The translations under genes and the position numbers were made by a program. From contig RSEE01000143.1 in the NCBI GenBank assembly GCA_003971905.1, forward strand, positions 62,001 to 126,000: DNA of 64,000 bases, given 5' to 3'. Under the pieces are notes generated by a model. The model saw only the letters and a program-made list of their open reading frames with translations, had not been told where the DNA came from and made no database searches. The DNA is from Moniliella sp. 'wahieum'. Taxonomy: Eukaryota. This document shows positions 50,601 to 61,689 of this stretch, piece after piece (the first letter of the stretch is position 1; every line of letters starts with the position of its first letter).

Positions 50601-51165
50601 AAGAAGGTAGTTGCCGAACTGGACCTGCGGGCGGTTGGGGGCCGAGCCAAAGTATTGCATGGCAGCCGAACTGGTGATGGGGATGCCGCTCGTGATCAGC
50701 GCGGTGGCAGTACGCGGATCAATGCCTTGGGCGCCGAGGGATGCGACGGCGGCGGCAATCAGGTTGTGGGGTGATTGCGGCGGCGGCGGCGACACAGTTC
50801 CCGAGGGGGCCGAGATGAGCACGGGCTGGGCGGTGGCGCGGTGTGGGTGGGATTGGGCGGCAGCGGCAGGGCTGGTGGCAGTGGTGGTGGTAGGGGTAGG
50901 GGTGGGCCGAGTGGCGGCTCCGGGGGTGGCCCCAGGGGGGGCACCACGGGGGCGCCATGGCGGGAACGGATGCGGACGCCGACGGGGGGGCACCGGGGCA
51001 GGTGAGAGCGCAGGAGTGGTGCGTGGCGGGCGGGCGCGGGTGCGGGTGCAGGGGGGGAGCGAGTGCTGGGGCGGGGGCGGGGGCCGGCAGGAGCGCGTCG
51101 GGCGGGAAGGAGGGGGCCATGACAGGAGCCGACATGGGCAGGGAGCTGGCCATGGCGGCGGCCAT
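47680..51165 (-). CDS. KIN4: CAMK-group Ser/Thr kinase, Kin4/Ppk1-like, with a C-terminal KA1-like region; frameshifted
   Basis: [70 protein letters not shown] and [17 protein letters not shown] (diagnostic of the family). C-terminal [17 protein letters not shown]. Both ends are approximate. Confidence 0.88.
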
Positions 51166-52004
51166 TGCGAGCTGAGCGCTGAGAGAGGCGGTGTGGTGGT
51201 GGTGGTGCGATGCGGGAGGACGAGTGTGTGCTGCTGCGTTCGTTTCGCAGCGCAGCGCCTCTGGCGCCAACCCCTCGCATGCTCCTGCATCAGCATCCGC
51301 GCCCCAGCCCAGCACGCCGCCGCCCTGGCACCCACCTCCCCGATGGGCATGTGTGACAGCATGCAGCTCACATTCAGCACGCGTCACACATCACACATCA
51401 CCATGCACTCTTCCGCGTCCGCCCTCGAGTGCTGCGTTACGCAGGCCAGCTCACACGTCACGCGGGCCCGCAGCACGCGGCTGTGCGTGTTGCGGGGCTG
51501 CCGCAGCAGCCGCCGTGTGAGCGCACCGCACACAATGGCCGTGGGATCTGGGACGCCGTGCGCCCGCGTGGGGCTGGGCAGCCCAGCGCCCGGCCGCAGC
51601 TGCCGCCACCCACCGCCCCCCCCCCGCGCGGGGGCAGTGTGGGTGGGCACGCATCCCACACCGCCATGGCACTCCAGAACTCGGTTCAGATTGCCTTGGC
51701 ACGCCCCTGCCCTCGCCCATGCACCCCGTGCATGCCGTCCCATGCCGTCCCATGCCTCCGGTCCCCCCGCGCTCGCCCAGCCAGGGTCCCCGTCTCTCTT
51801 CGCGGCCCTGCAGGCACCAGGGCGCACCTGCTGCTCTGGCAACGCTTACCTACCCCTGGGTGCAAGCGCCAACCGGGTAATCCTTCTCAGGCCCCGCGCG
51901 TCCTCTCGGTGACACACCACAGCATGTCCCAGTCTCATGCAAGGCATGCGTGACGCGTGACACTGCACTCCGTGATGGCATCAATGAAAGAATGACTGAC
52001 GCAT

Positions 52005-52062
52005 GATACATGATGCATGATGCACATACATCACATGTCACATGTCACATGTCACATGTCAC
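52005..52062. repeat. Period-7 arrays TGATGCA and (TCACATG)4
   Basis: Seen directly upstream of the kinase gene. Confidence 0.9.
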
Positions 52063-53292
52063 ACCCACTGCCCTCTTCGCTACCACTTCGTTCTGCTGCC
52101 TTCTTTACCTTGTGTGTGTTGTGTAAACAAGTGGACGCGTGTCGGCAACGTCCCACGTCCCGTGTCCCGACATGTGTCCAAAGTACCCTGTTGCCACCCT
52201 CCTTCACCGGGTCCATCGCTCCCTCCTTACGCACTTAAGCCTTAGGCCAGGCCTTATCACCACTTACACTCGCTACCTCAGGCCTCGGCCTCACCCCCTG
52301 TCCAGCAGCAAGCACCCTCGCTTGTCCGCCCGCCCGTATATCCCCCCTGCAGCTTCGCTTTCACCAGCAGATGACCTTGTGATTAATTTGTTTCTTTCGC
52401 TGCACCGCCCACACCGCAAACCACGTGTCCCGAACGCCTGCTCACGCCTTGCTTACTCTCGTTGCCGCCACCCTGCATCCTCATAATGCACTCAGTCTCT
52501 ACCTTATATGCATGCGTTCATGTTCCCAGGTTCACATCATGTTCTTCTCACATCTCACCATCTCACCATCCCACCATCTCACCTTTCAAGACGTGACAGG
52601 ACGTGACTGCCGTGATGATCGATGGTCGATGGTCGATGAGCGCGCTCAGGCTGAGCATTGAGCGAGTGGCAACGCCTCAACCTTCAACAGTTGTTGTGTG
52701 ATGCATGATGAGACGTGGAGTCCTGATGGTCTTCGAGGGTGATGCAATCGCACAGGTGGTGGTGGTGGTGGTGGCAACCAGCAATGCCTGCAGAGGAACA
52801 TCAAGCAGCGAGTCGCCGTCAGGGGCTAAGCTGCGGAACAAGGGAAAACAGGAGAGAGAAAACAACAGAATTCCTAGGCCTGAAGAGGAACTGAAGGGAC
52901 ATTGGCCAAAGCACGAGCCACCCAGTTCAACATTATGGTAACCCAATAATGCTAGAGTGCGACTTAGGAGCACTCGCGATCCTATGGATCAGCTGCAAAG
53001 CAGCCTTCAGACAACAGGCGTGAAGGCAACGCGGTGAGCCACAAGTCTTCAAGCAACGTCTGAAGGGAAGGAGACAGGAGAGAGAGAAGGGAGATGAAGC
53101 GAGCAGGGCGTGCGCAGCCTGCGAGCGGAACTCTTCCGCCCGGCTAAGCGAGCGTCACCGATCTCTTAGATCGTGGGTTTTCGTACATGATGCAGATGGT
53201 GCAGGATGGAATGGTCTTAATGGGCTCTTCCAATCTCATTGAATATTGATCGACGATCAGGGAGTTGATCGAGTCGATGCTCCCTGTTTGAC

Positions 53293-54260
53293 TCATGACT
53301 CATCATTGTGCCCATGTTCTTCTGAGTACTCAACTGAGTACTCAGTGCGTACACAGGGATTCGCTCCATGGGTATTAGGAAGGAGCCTGCCAAGCCATTC
53401 CTCGAAACTCTTGGTGGCACCTACCCAGGTCAATGAGGTTGAAAGGGAGCAGACCCTGCTTCTGATAAAATCCCACTGCTGGTAGAACCGCATGCAGGCG
53501 AGGGGAATGCCAGGGTGTCCCGGTTGTGTTATCCCCGATGGCACGTCCTCCAGTTGGGGCGACGTTTTGGCTGCCATCTCCTTGGCCTTGCCCAGTAGCG
53601 CCGCTCCCACCCCGTGCCACGCATCTGCTTATCAACGGCAAATAGGAGCACGACTGGACAAGGAGTACGTGTGGTGAGAGAAGCGACCTTGGCCAGGCCA
53701 CACGAAACAGGAGGGGAGACGTACTAAGCACGCTGTTGGTGGGGAACTGTGTCGCGGTCCATGCGTCCGTAGCGGCAAAAACATCGCTCAGAGCCGTTTC
53801 GTTGAAGCCCTTAGGCGGCGTGCCCCGGGGCGGGAGGAGCGAATCAGCGTGAGCCAGTTGCTTGTGAGCCGCCTTGTCCTCGGCGCGGGGAACAATGCTA
53901 AACACCATCATGCCCACCACGTGAACCGAGCCATCGGGCGCGATCTGCCTGGCACACCATAAGTGGGTGGGGAAAGGGTCGCGGAGCGCGCGCTGTGCCG
54001 AATCAGTGCTCGCCACATAAAAGCGGCGGATCATGCTGGTCCACCATGCACACCGTTCCTCCACCGTGTTCTCCGACGTTGACATCATCGCCGGCGTCAT
54101 GGGCGTTAGGTCTGTTCGAATCGCGACAGTCAGATCACATACTCACGTACTTCTTGTCGTATGGGAGCAGGGGGTACCCACCCTCTGACCAGATCCGGCC
54201 CAGACCAGGGATATCCTGTTCGGTGGCTGGGCCGTATTCAGTACGAACAGTGGCGGACAT
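53293..54260 (-). CDS. Putative GNAT-family acetyltransferase
   Basis: N-terminal YGPATEQDIPGLGRIW, beta-strand-like HVVGMMVF, motif A-like RGTGVGAALL and RFYQQWDF. The exon structure is uncertain. Confidence 0.5.
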
Positions 54261-54784
54261 GATGGTGGCAAGAGACACCGCACGCTCTATGTGGGTCGCA
54301 GTCTTGGCATGAGAGGGCCGCCCCGTCGTTCCGCCTGCCATTCATTGTTTGTGGCCTGGCTTAATAGTAGTACTAGAGCAGGCTACGTGAGTGTGCCGAT
54401 CCGGGCCCCCAAGTGCCCCCCTTCGAAACTGGACGCTTGGCTCGTTGAAGCTTGAGCTTGAGCCTCGGATCCAGCGATCAGATCGATCAGCCAGCGGCGG
54501 TAGACTCTCCCTCACCATTGGCTGGCGGTCTGGTGACACGTGACGCGTGACGCAAGGCCTGTTCAACTTTCAATGTTCGCCTCTCAAGTTTCAAAACGCC
54601 TGTCCAACTCATTAAACCCTCCCATTCGGCTCAAACGTCAAACCTTAATGGGCGTGCTTAATGACGGGCGGAATTCGGGAGGCGGAGACAGCGCCCAGCT
54701 GGCCGCCTTGCTTTTTTCTCCAAGCTCGAGAACAGCCATTTACTTGGGGAAGCACTCCTGCTGCCCTCTCTCGAGTGGCCAACC

Positions 54785-57072
54785 ATGCCGCTGCTTCGGA
54801 AACGAGGTGCGTCTCCCCTCCCTTTCCTACCTTGCATCTTTCGGCCGGGAGCACTGACCCCCCACTCATCCGCCAGACGGACGACGAGAACGCTTCTCCC
54901 CTCGCAAGCTGGAGCGGCGCCTCGAGCAGTTGGGCGCCACCCAACTGCCGCCGGCCCCAGTGGTGGCCACGCTGCAAGCAGCCGTGTACGAAGGCATGTC
55001 CACGAAGGAACTGGACAATGTGCTGTGCCGTGCCTTGGCCAGCCACGCGCTTGTGCACCCCGAGTACGAGCGGATCGCAGGCCAGGTGGCCCTGGCTGCG
55101 CTCTATCGCGATACGGAGGTGGCGTTCAGCCGGGTGGCTCGGCAGGCCCGCCCTGAGCTGGTACGATGGGTGGACATGTACGGGCCGGAGCTCGATGCAA
55201 TTGTGCAGCACACCAGGGATACTCGGCTGGGGTATGTGGCGGTGCAAACGCTCTGGCCGCACCTGTTGCAGGTTCAGGGACAGGTGGTGAGCGGCCCCAA
55301 CATTTTTTTCTCCGTTGTGCTTTGGCCGTTCCGCATACCAGTCTCAATGAGGTACAAGAGAGGTACGATCTCCTTTCTCTTGGCATCCTCCTCCCCCCCG
55401 GCTTGACTGTGTGGTCCAGGGACAACAACACGCTCGCAATGGAAGATGACTCGCTGGAGGGTATCTTCAACACAGTCAAGGCCGCCGCGCTCACAGTCAA
55501 TGAGGGGGCAGGCTGAGTGTCTCCAACATCCGTTCCGAGGGCACATCGATCGCTGGTACCGGGGGGCGATCCAGTGGGGTGGTGCCTATGCTGCGTGTGT
55601 AATGAGGCCGTGCGGAGCAACAATGGAACGATGCGGGTATATCTCGAGCCTTGGCATGCCGACCTGCTCTCCTTTCTCGATTTAGCTAAAGCGAACGGGA
55701 AAGAGGAGCGGCGGGCGCGATGGTTGGAATATGGACTGTGGGTGCCAGACCTGTTTATGAAACGGGTCGAACAAGACTTGCCGTGGTCCTTGATGAGTGC
55801 CGACGAGTGTCCCGGGTTGCAGACGGCGGTGGGCGCTGCGTTCGAGCAACTTTACGTCCAATACGAACAGGCCGGACGGCACGACGCACCTCCCCGCACG
55901 GGACTTGTGGAATGCCATTCTCACTGCCCAACTGGAGACGGGAGGACCGGCTCTACTCTACAAGGACGCGGCCAACAGCAAGTCCAATGAACGCAATCTG
56001 GGCACTGTTCTCGGTAGCACCTTCCATACGGACGGGACACAGGTCGCCTCTCCCTCGGCAGCGCAGGTGAGGGGGAGCATTCTCTCTCTTACTTTATTGA
56101 GGGGGCCGAGATCAACCACACAAGCTGCACCAACGAACAAAGGAGGTGGTATCATTCCTTGCTGCCATGGGCGGGCGTGCTCTCGGCATCTCCCTCTGCG
56201 GGTTGCTGGACACTTTCCATCTTCTTGGCGTGGCCTACGATTCGGTTGAGGCGCGTCGTATCAACCGTGAAGTGTTTGAGACGGCGTACATGCCGCGATG
56301 GAGCGGTCCATGGAGCTGGCCCGGCAGCATGGACCCTATAGCGGATGGGAAGGCAGTCCCATCTCCCACGGCCAGTTCCAGTTCGACCTGTGGCCGCACG
56401 CTATGCTATCGGGACGGTACGACTGGGAGCAACTGCGCACCCAGGTCATGCAGACAGGGGTGCGGCACGCTCTTCTCCTAGCTCAAGGGGGTAGCGCCGC
56501 GATAGATCCTGCCGAGTCCAATGTGCTGTGCCACACTCTCAGCAATGGGCAACAAGTGGAGTATGTGCGACCGAGTCTGGTGCGTGCGTTGATCGCTCTC
56601 GATCTGTGGAACGAGGGGATACGAGAACGGATTCTCCTCCGGCGGGAGCATTGCCTCTCTCACCGAAGTCCCAGCCTGGATCAAAGCGGTGTACAGGACG
56701 GGGTGGGAGATGAGGCAGCGTGCAGTCTTGGACCAGGCGATTGAGCGGGCTCCCTTTTTGTGCCAATCCCAAACTATGGCGCTCCGCTTGGCGCACCCGA
56801 CGCGCGGGCAAGTGACGAGCATGCACTTTTACGGCTGGAAGCACGGTTTGAAAACAGGGTGTACCCAACTGCTTACTTCCCCGCCCTGGCGCGGACGCAG
56901 CCGGGGCCACCCATTTACTACCCTGTCGACCCGCTCGCCCTCGGTTCGCTCCCGCTCCTCCTCTTGCTCCTCATCGCGTGCATCGGCTTCAACGTATAAT
57001 ACCACCGCTCTGCCCGAAACAGACGCAGCTCAGTGCTCGTTTGACGAGGGTTGCCTCATGTGTGGGGGCTAA
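54785..57072 (+). CDS. Ribonucleotide reductase large-subunit (class Ia R1) homologue lacking catalytic residues
   Basis: Intron 54807-54876 yields MPLLRKRDGRRE (ATP cone). Then VYEGMSTKELDN, HPEYERIAG, ERPQH, DDSLEGIF, YLEPWHAD, GLWVPDLFMKRVE, ETGGPALLYKDAANSKSN, GSPISHGQFQFDLW, TSMHFYGWKHGLKTG and terminal CLMCGG. Several frameshifts. Confidence 0.9.
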
Positions 57073-58274
57073 CTGCCTCTTCCGATACCTGAGCATGGAC
57101 TCATCCACCTCACTACTTTTTGTTCTCATTCGCGTTCGCTCCTCGTGCTTGTACAGATACCATTGCATGTATCTGTGTCTCCATCGATGGAGCTAGGCGG
57201 CCGAGAGTGAAATGGGCGACATAACGTAGGTGTATTACGAGGGGGGGGGCTCAGTTTCCTGCCCCGGGCAAAGGCGGACGACTCGCATTCGTCAGGTTCT
57301 GCGAAAGTACTAGTATGCATCATGATTACATCCTGCTTTTCCCCCTCGTTTGGCTGAAAGATTTGGCTGATGGCTCGCGTAGCCCGTCTTCAGCGGTAAG
57401 TACTCCTCTCGTCAACCTGAAAGTCATGACTGTCTCGCAAGAGGAACCCCTTGTTCGTCTCTGCCTTATTGATATTTCCCCCAATGAAGACTCGCCTCTT
57501 TCCCCTGAGGCTCACCTCCACCATGGCCAGTATTACGCTCGGCGCTGCTGGGCTCGAAGGGGATTGGTGGGTCCCTCGCTCGCTCCGGATGTTATCTCCT
57601 CGCCGTGGCTGGAACACTTCTTTTGCCTATGCCCCCTTTCGGCTGCAACGAGGATGAATACGGCCCTGTCGCCAAAGAGAGCAGAATCCAGCTCTTACCT
57701 ACCTAACGACCACCTACTCGCTCCCCTGGCCTTTCGCCCTTGGACCCTGCCTGAGCGAGACCCTCCCACCCACACCCGGTGGATCCGTGGGCACCGCCCG
57801 AGCTATTTCTTGCTCCCCCAACACATCCGACGACAAGGCATGCAGTATTTTGAAAATGAGCTTGGCAAGACAAAAGGGCAAAGTGAAAGGGAAGACAAGG
57901 AAGCTTAAAGGTTAAACAGTTGTGATAAGGCCAAGGAGGCGTTAGTAGAAGAGCAATGGGCAGTGCTTGGCGCGATTGAGACAGAGGCGTGGAAGCTCAA
58001 GTTCATGAAGCAAGTTCCATGCATCCCAAATCCCGAGCGGGCACCGATCACAGCTGATGGGCTGGAAGCAGGGGGAATCAAGTAGAAAGGAATGGGAACA
58101 GCAATGCACACACTTGCTCCCACGCAACCTGCTTGAGGCACCTCTTTGGTTATCTTGGCACAGTTCCGCCAGGCTAGGGCACAGCACCGCATGTTGGTGA
58201 CCGTGGTGGCGGGGGTGGGGGGGAACAGGGAGAGGGGGAGAGCGCGCAAGGGAGGGGGTAGCCAAATAAGGCAA

Positions 58275-60212
58275 TCATCTCCTCAGCAGAAGGGCGGGGA
58301 ATACAATGGGTATGAAAGAGATCGACCACGATAGTGGGGTGAAAAGAAGACTTTTGCTGGCGCTTTCAGAGGCCAGGCGTTCATAGTGCGCCCGTTGGCG
58401 AGGAAATTTGTTCTTGCTCCAGTTGAAAACGTAGATGGAAGACTTTTCAAAGCCATTCAGGGCGTACTTGGCAAACAGGGCCTCGTGTACGCGCTCTGTG
58501 GGACGCAGGATGAAGTCCAACATGATGTTGGCCGTGGAGAGCAGTTCGGATTCAGAGTAGCCCGAGTAATGCACCATGTTGGGGTCCCAGGTCGGAGTGG
58601 TTTCAATCACCTCTCTTGCCAACCAGAACGCGGCAGCGGCAAGGAGTGAAGGCGGATGGCCGAGAAGGCGCATGTCCATGATGCTGATCTCCACCCTACA
58701 TTGTGTCAGCGGCAACGAATGGCCGGGCAAAAAAATTATTAGGAGGGCACGACAGATACTTGGCAATGTTGCGAGTCTGGAGATCATACTCGTCTGCTTT
58801 GGAAATGCGACGGAGAAAATTCAAGGGGTTGGGGTAGGACAGATCAAAGTTAAGGGTGCGGAGAATGTAGCGCTCAGCGCCCAGAATGTCTTGCTCAGAT
58901 ACAGCGGCCATGTAGGCATAGTTTTCTACCGAAGGGCAAACTACCTCCTCGTACTTGGCCGCGAGGAAGGGGCTGCGGCGGCAAGCAGCTGGAGGCGATC
59001 AAGGGATACAAAGCGGACGCTGAGCATGCGATCCATCACGTTAACCGCTAAGAAAGCGTTTCGGACATGAGACGGAATTTGTGTTGTACACGGATCAGCC
59101 AGTTGATGGTCTTACACCGGTGTGCCCATGTCATATCCTCTTGCAGGTCAATGTAGTGCGGGTTGGGCAGTGTCTGGAGCTGGACACCCATCGGTCAGTC
59201 TGCCGTCTGCGTGCACGACGTGCCACAGCAAGTCCAACAAAGGACGAAGCGCGTACCTCGATCCTGCGCATGTAGGCGAAAATGTCCTGGACATACTCAT
59301 ACGCCATCGTCGGGTCCCTTCATCTTCCAGGTCCAGATCGGTCCAGCCGGCGTCCTTGGGGGGCAAGTCAGGGCGGCTGGGCGACTGAGGGACGTATGGG
59401 GGCAGGGGGGGCGAGGACAGGGCGGGGGCAAGAGCAGGCGCAGGAACAGGAGAAGGGGCAGGGTCAGGGTCAGGGTCAGGGTAACGAGCGCGCTTCGTCG
59501 GGCGGCTGGGGGCAGTGGTGCAAGAACGCTTTTTTCCGGCGACCTGTGGCTGCGGCGGGGTCGGGGCGTCGGGGTCGGCATTAGCCGAGCCGGGGTGGAG
59601 CGGCAGCCGTTCGCGTGCGACGGCAGCCGACGCGTTTCCAACGCTGGCGGTGGGCCCATGGGGGTCGGGGAGCCGCCGGGGGGCAGGGCCAGAGGGGCGA
59701 GCAACGTCATGGCACCCCCAGCTCCCGGTGGTGGCAGCGCGCCAGCTGGGGTGGGCGCCAGGCAGGCAGAACTTATGGCCTGGCTGCCGAGCGGCGGCCA
59801 CACACGCCCTGTGCTGAGTGGGCTGTCATCGCACCGTGCACTGGCCTTGTGCCTGTGCGGCCCCACCACCACCAGCCTGGCCGGAGACTGCTCCTGGGCC
59901 TGTGTCCCGCCGGCAGGCACCACAGCGCACTTGCACTGCGACGCAGCCGGCCCCGGATCCCGGGTTTTTTGGATGGCGTTTGCGCTTCTTTGGCCAGCAC
60001 CCTCCACCGAGGAAGTCTGACGAAAACACTCTCAACTTTGGGGACGGGAAGCAAAGTGGCTGTCCTAGTCCCGGCCACTCGTTACCCTGCTCCTTAGCTT
60101 TTCTTCAGCGTGCTGAAGCTCTGCTCTCTCCCACAGCTCTCACATCTCACAGCTCAGCTTGAGCGCTCACAGCTCTGACAGCTCTCAGCGCGCGCACCTG
60201 TGGCGGACCCAT
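58275..60212 (-). CDS. B-type (G2/M, Clb1/Cdc13-like) cyclin; frameshifted
   Basis: GWTDLDLEDEG, KFRLMSETLFLAVNVMDR, LAAKYEEVVCPSV, AERYILRTLNFDLSYPNPLNFLRRISKADEYDLQTRNIAKYL and HPPSLLAAAAFWLAR. The start is inferred from ATG GGT CCG CCA CAG followed by a GTGCGC donor. Confidence 0.88.
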
Positions 60213-60512
60213 GCCTTTTCCCCATTACGCACCACAGACGGCCACATGATGCATCTTGGAGATTCGCCAACCCGCACACGGAAGAGGTGTTCAAGATTAG
60301 ACAGGCGTCTTTCCCCTGTACCGCTGTGCCGCTAAGAATGTTTCTTCGGATGTGATGATGTACAGCAGTAAAAGAAGTCATCGACAGCAGACATTATTTT
60401 CGCTCATGCGCTCATGTACATGGTACCAATTGAAAGTCATGAGAATGTCACACGTTCAAACGTGTTTTTGCCTCTCAAGGTCGAATGATGCATCAACATC
60501 AGTAGCCGTCTT

Positions 60513-60637
60513 GCTACATGGCTAATCGAAATTTCTGGTGCACAATCTTGTGGGCCTTGCCCACCTTGAATTTCGTACATAGTCCTCACATATCTATCCG
60601 GAACCTTGTTACCGGCAATTTCGATTAGCTATGTAGC
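60513..60637. repeat. Inverted repeat with 27-bp arms and a 71-bp spacer
   Basis: GCTACATGGCTAATCGAAATTTCTGGT (60513-60539) versus ACCGGCAATTTCGATTAGCTATGTAGC (60611-60637): 24 of 27 positions are Watson-Crick complementary. Confidence 0.85.
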
Positions 60638-61689
60638 GACACCAATTGAACACAACAGGAGCCTATAGGTTTTGCTATAGTCTCTCTCGCCATTTCTGGA
60701 TACAATTATCACGGTTTTACAAGAGGCCTGTTGAGGCCACACCTGGAAGGGTCAGCAGTGCGTACAACAAAACTGATGCATACACAGGTAGACTTCGAAG
60801 ATCCAAGAGGGGATCGAGGGAAAATATGATAAACGGCGCCATTTTTTTTGGGATGTATATGGAGGGACCGCCGTACTATTATAGGTCCCAACACAACTGC
60901 TGATGGATATCTGAGGTGGTGGTGCTAGTAAAATGATTCCCACGCCAAACAGGCCAGGGCTGTTGAGAGCAAGGATCGCGGGTGAAAAAGTGAATCACGT
61001 GGTGCCATGCGACAATGTGAGAGGCGTGCGAAGAAGGATAGATGATGGTACCACACTAAAATCCACACTAATATACGCTTTTGAAGCTGGAAGGCTGATG
61101 GCAACTTGATACATGATGCATGATGCATGATGCATGATGATCGATATTGAATTGCAGTTGCCAGCCGCGCGGAAAGATAGACAATCGGTGCACGGGCCAG
61201 CGGTGCGCGGGCGCAAGAGGATGTAGGGTTGAGAGTTAAAGTAGGCGTCAGATGGCTGGCCTGTGCGGCGCTCCGAAGGGTGTTTTTGTATCTTATAAGG
61301 AAACAGTGGTATATCGGCAGGCCGCGTCCCCCCACATGTGTGTTCTGCGGCCCACCAGCCGGTAGAGCCCCTCTTCAGATTGCGCCCGCCTCACTAATCA
61401 TAGCAGGGGGGATGGGCGGGGGGGTGGAGCGATACCAGCTACTGGGAGGCCCACCGAAAGAGGGCGCCCCCGTCCTTGGAAAAGCAGCAGAGGCAACAAG
61501 CTTCTGCGCAGGGACTGTATAGTACTAGTGAAGCTAATGATAGCAGATGAAAAAAGTCTGGCGCCATCTCGATTCCAGGGGCAGTGTTGGCCACCACGCC
61601 TCAAACCCTCATCCGTCTTCTCTCTCCCTTGGCAGAGTCTGCCGTAACGAATCTTTCCTTCCCTCCATCCGCCGTTATTGCTGGGCCCG

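Noticed and set aside
50611..51912. 433-aa plus-strand ORF and many other long antisense ORFs
   Set aside because: Shadow ORFs of GC-rich coding or promoter DNA, with no protein motifs.
54785..57072. Viral or horizontally acquired RNR
   Set aside because: It has a spliceosomal intron, a eukaryote-type CLMC tail and host-like composition, and no neighbouring viral genes.
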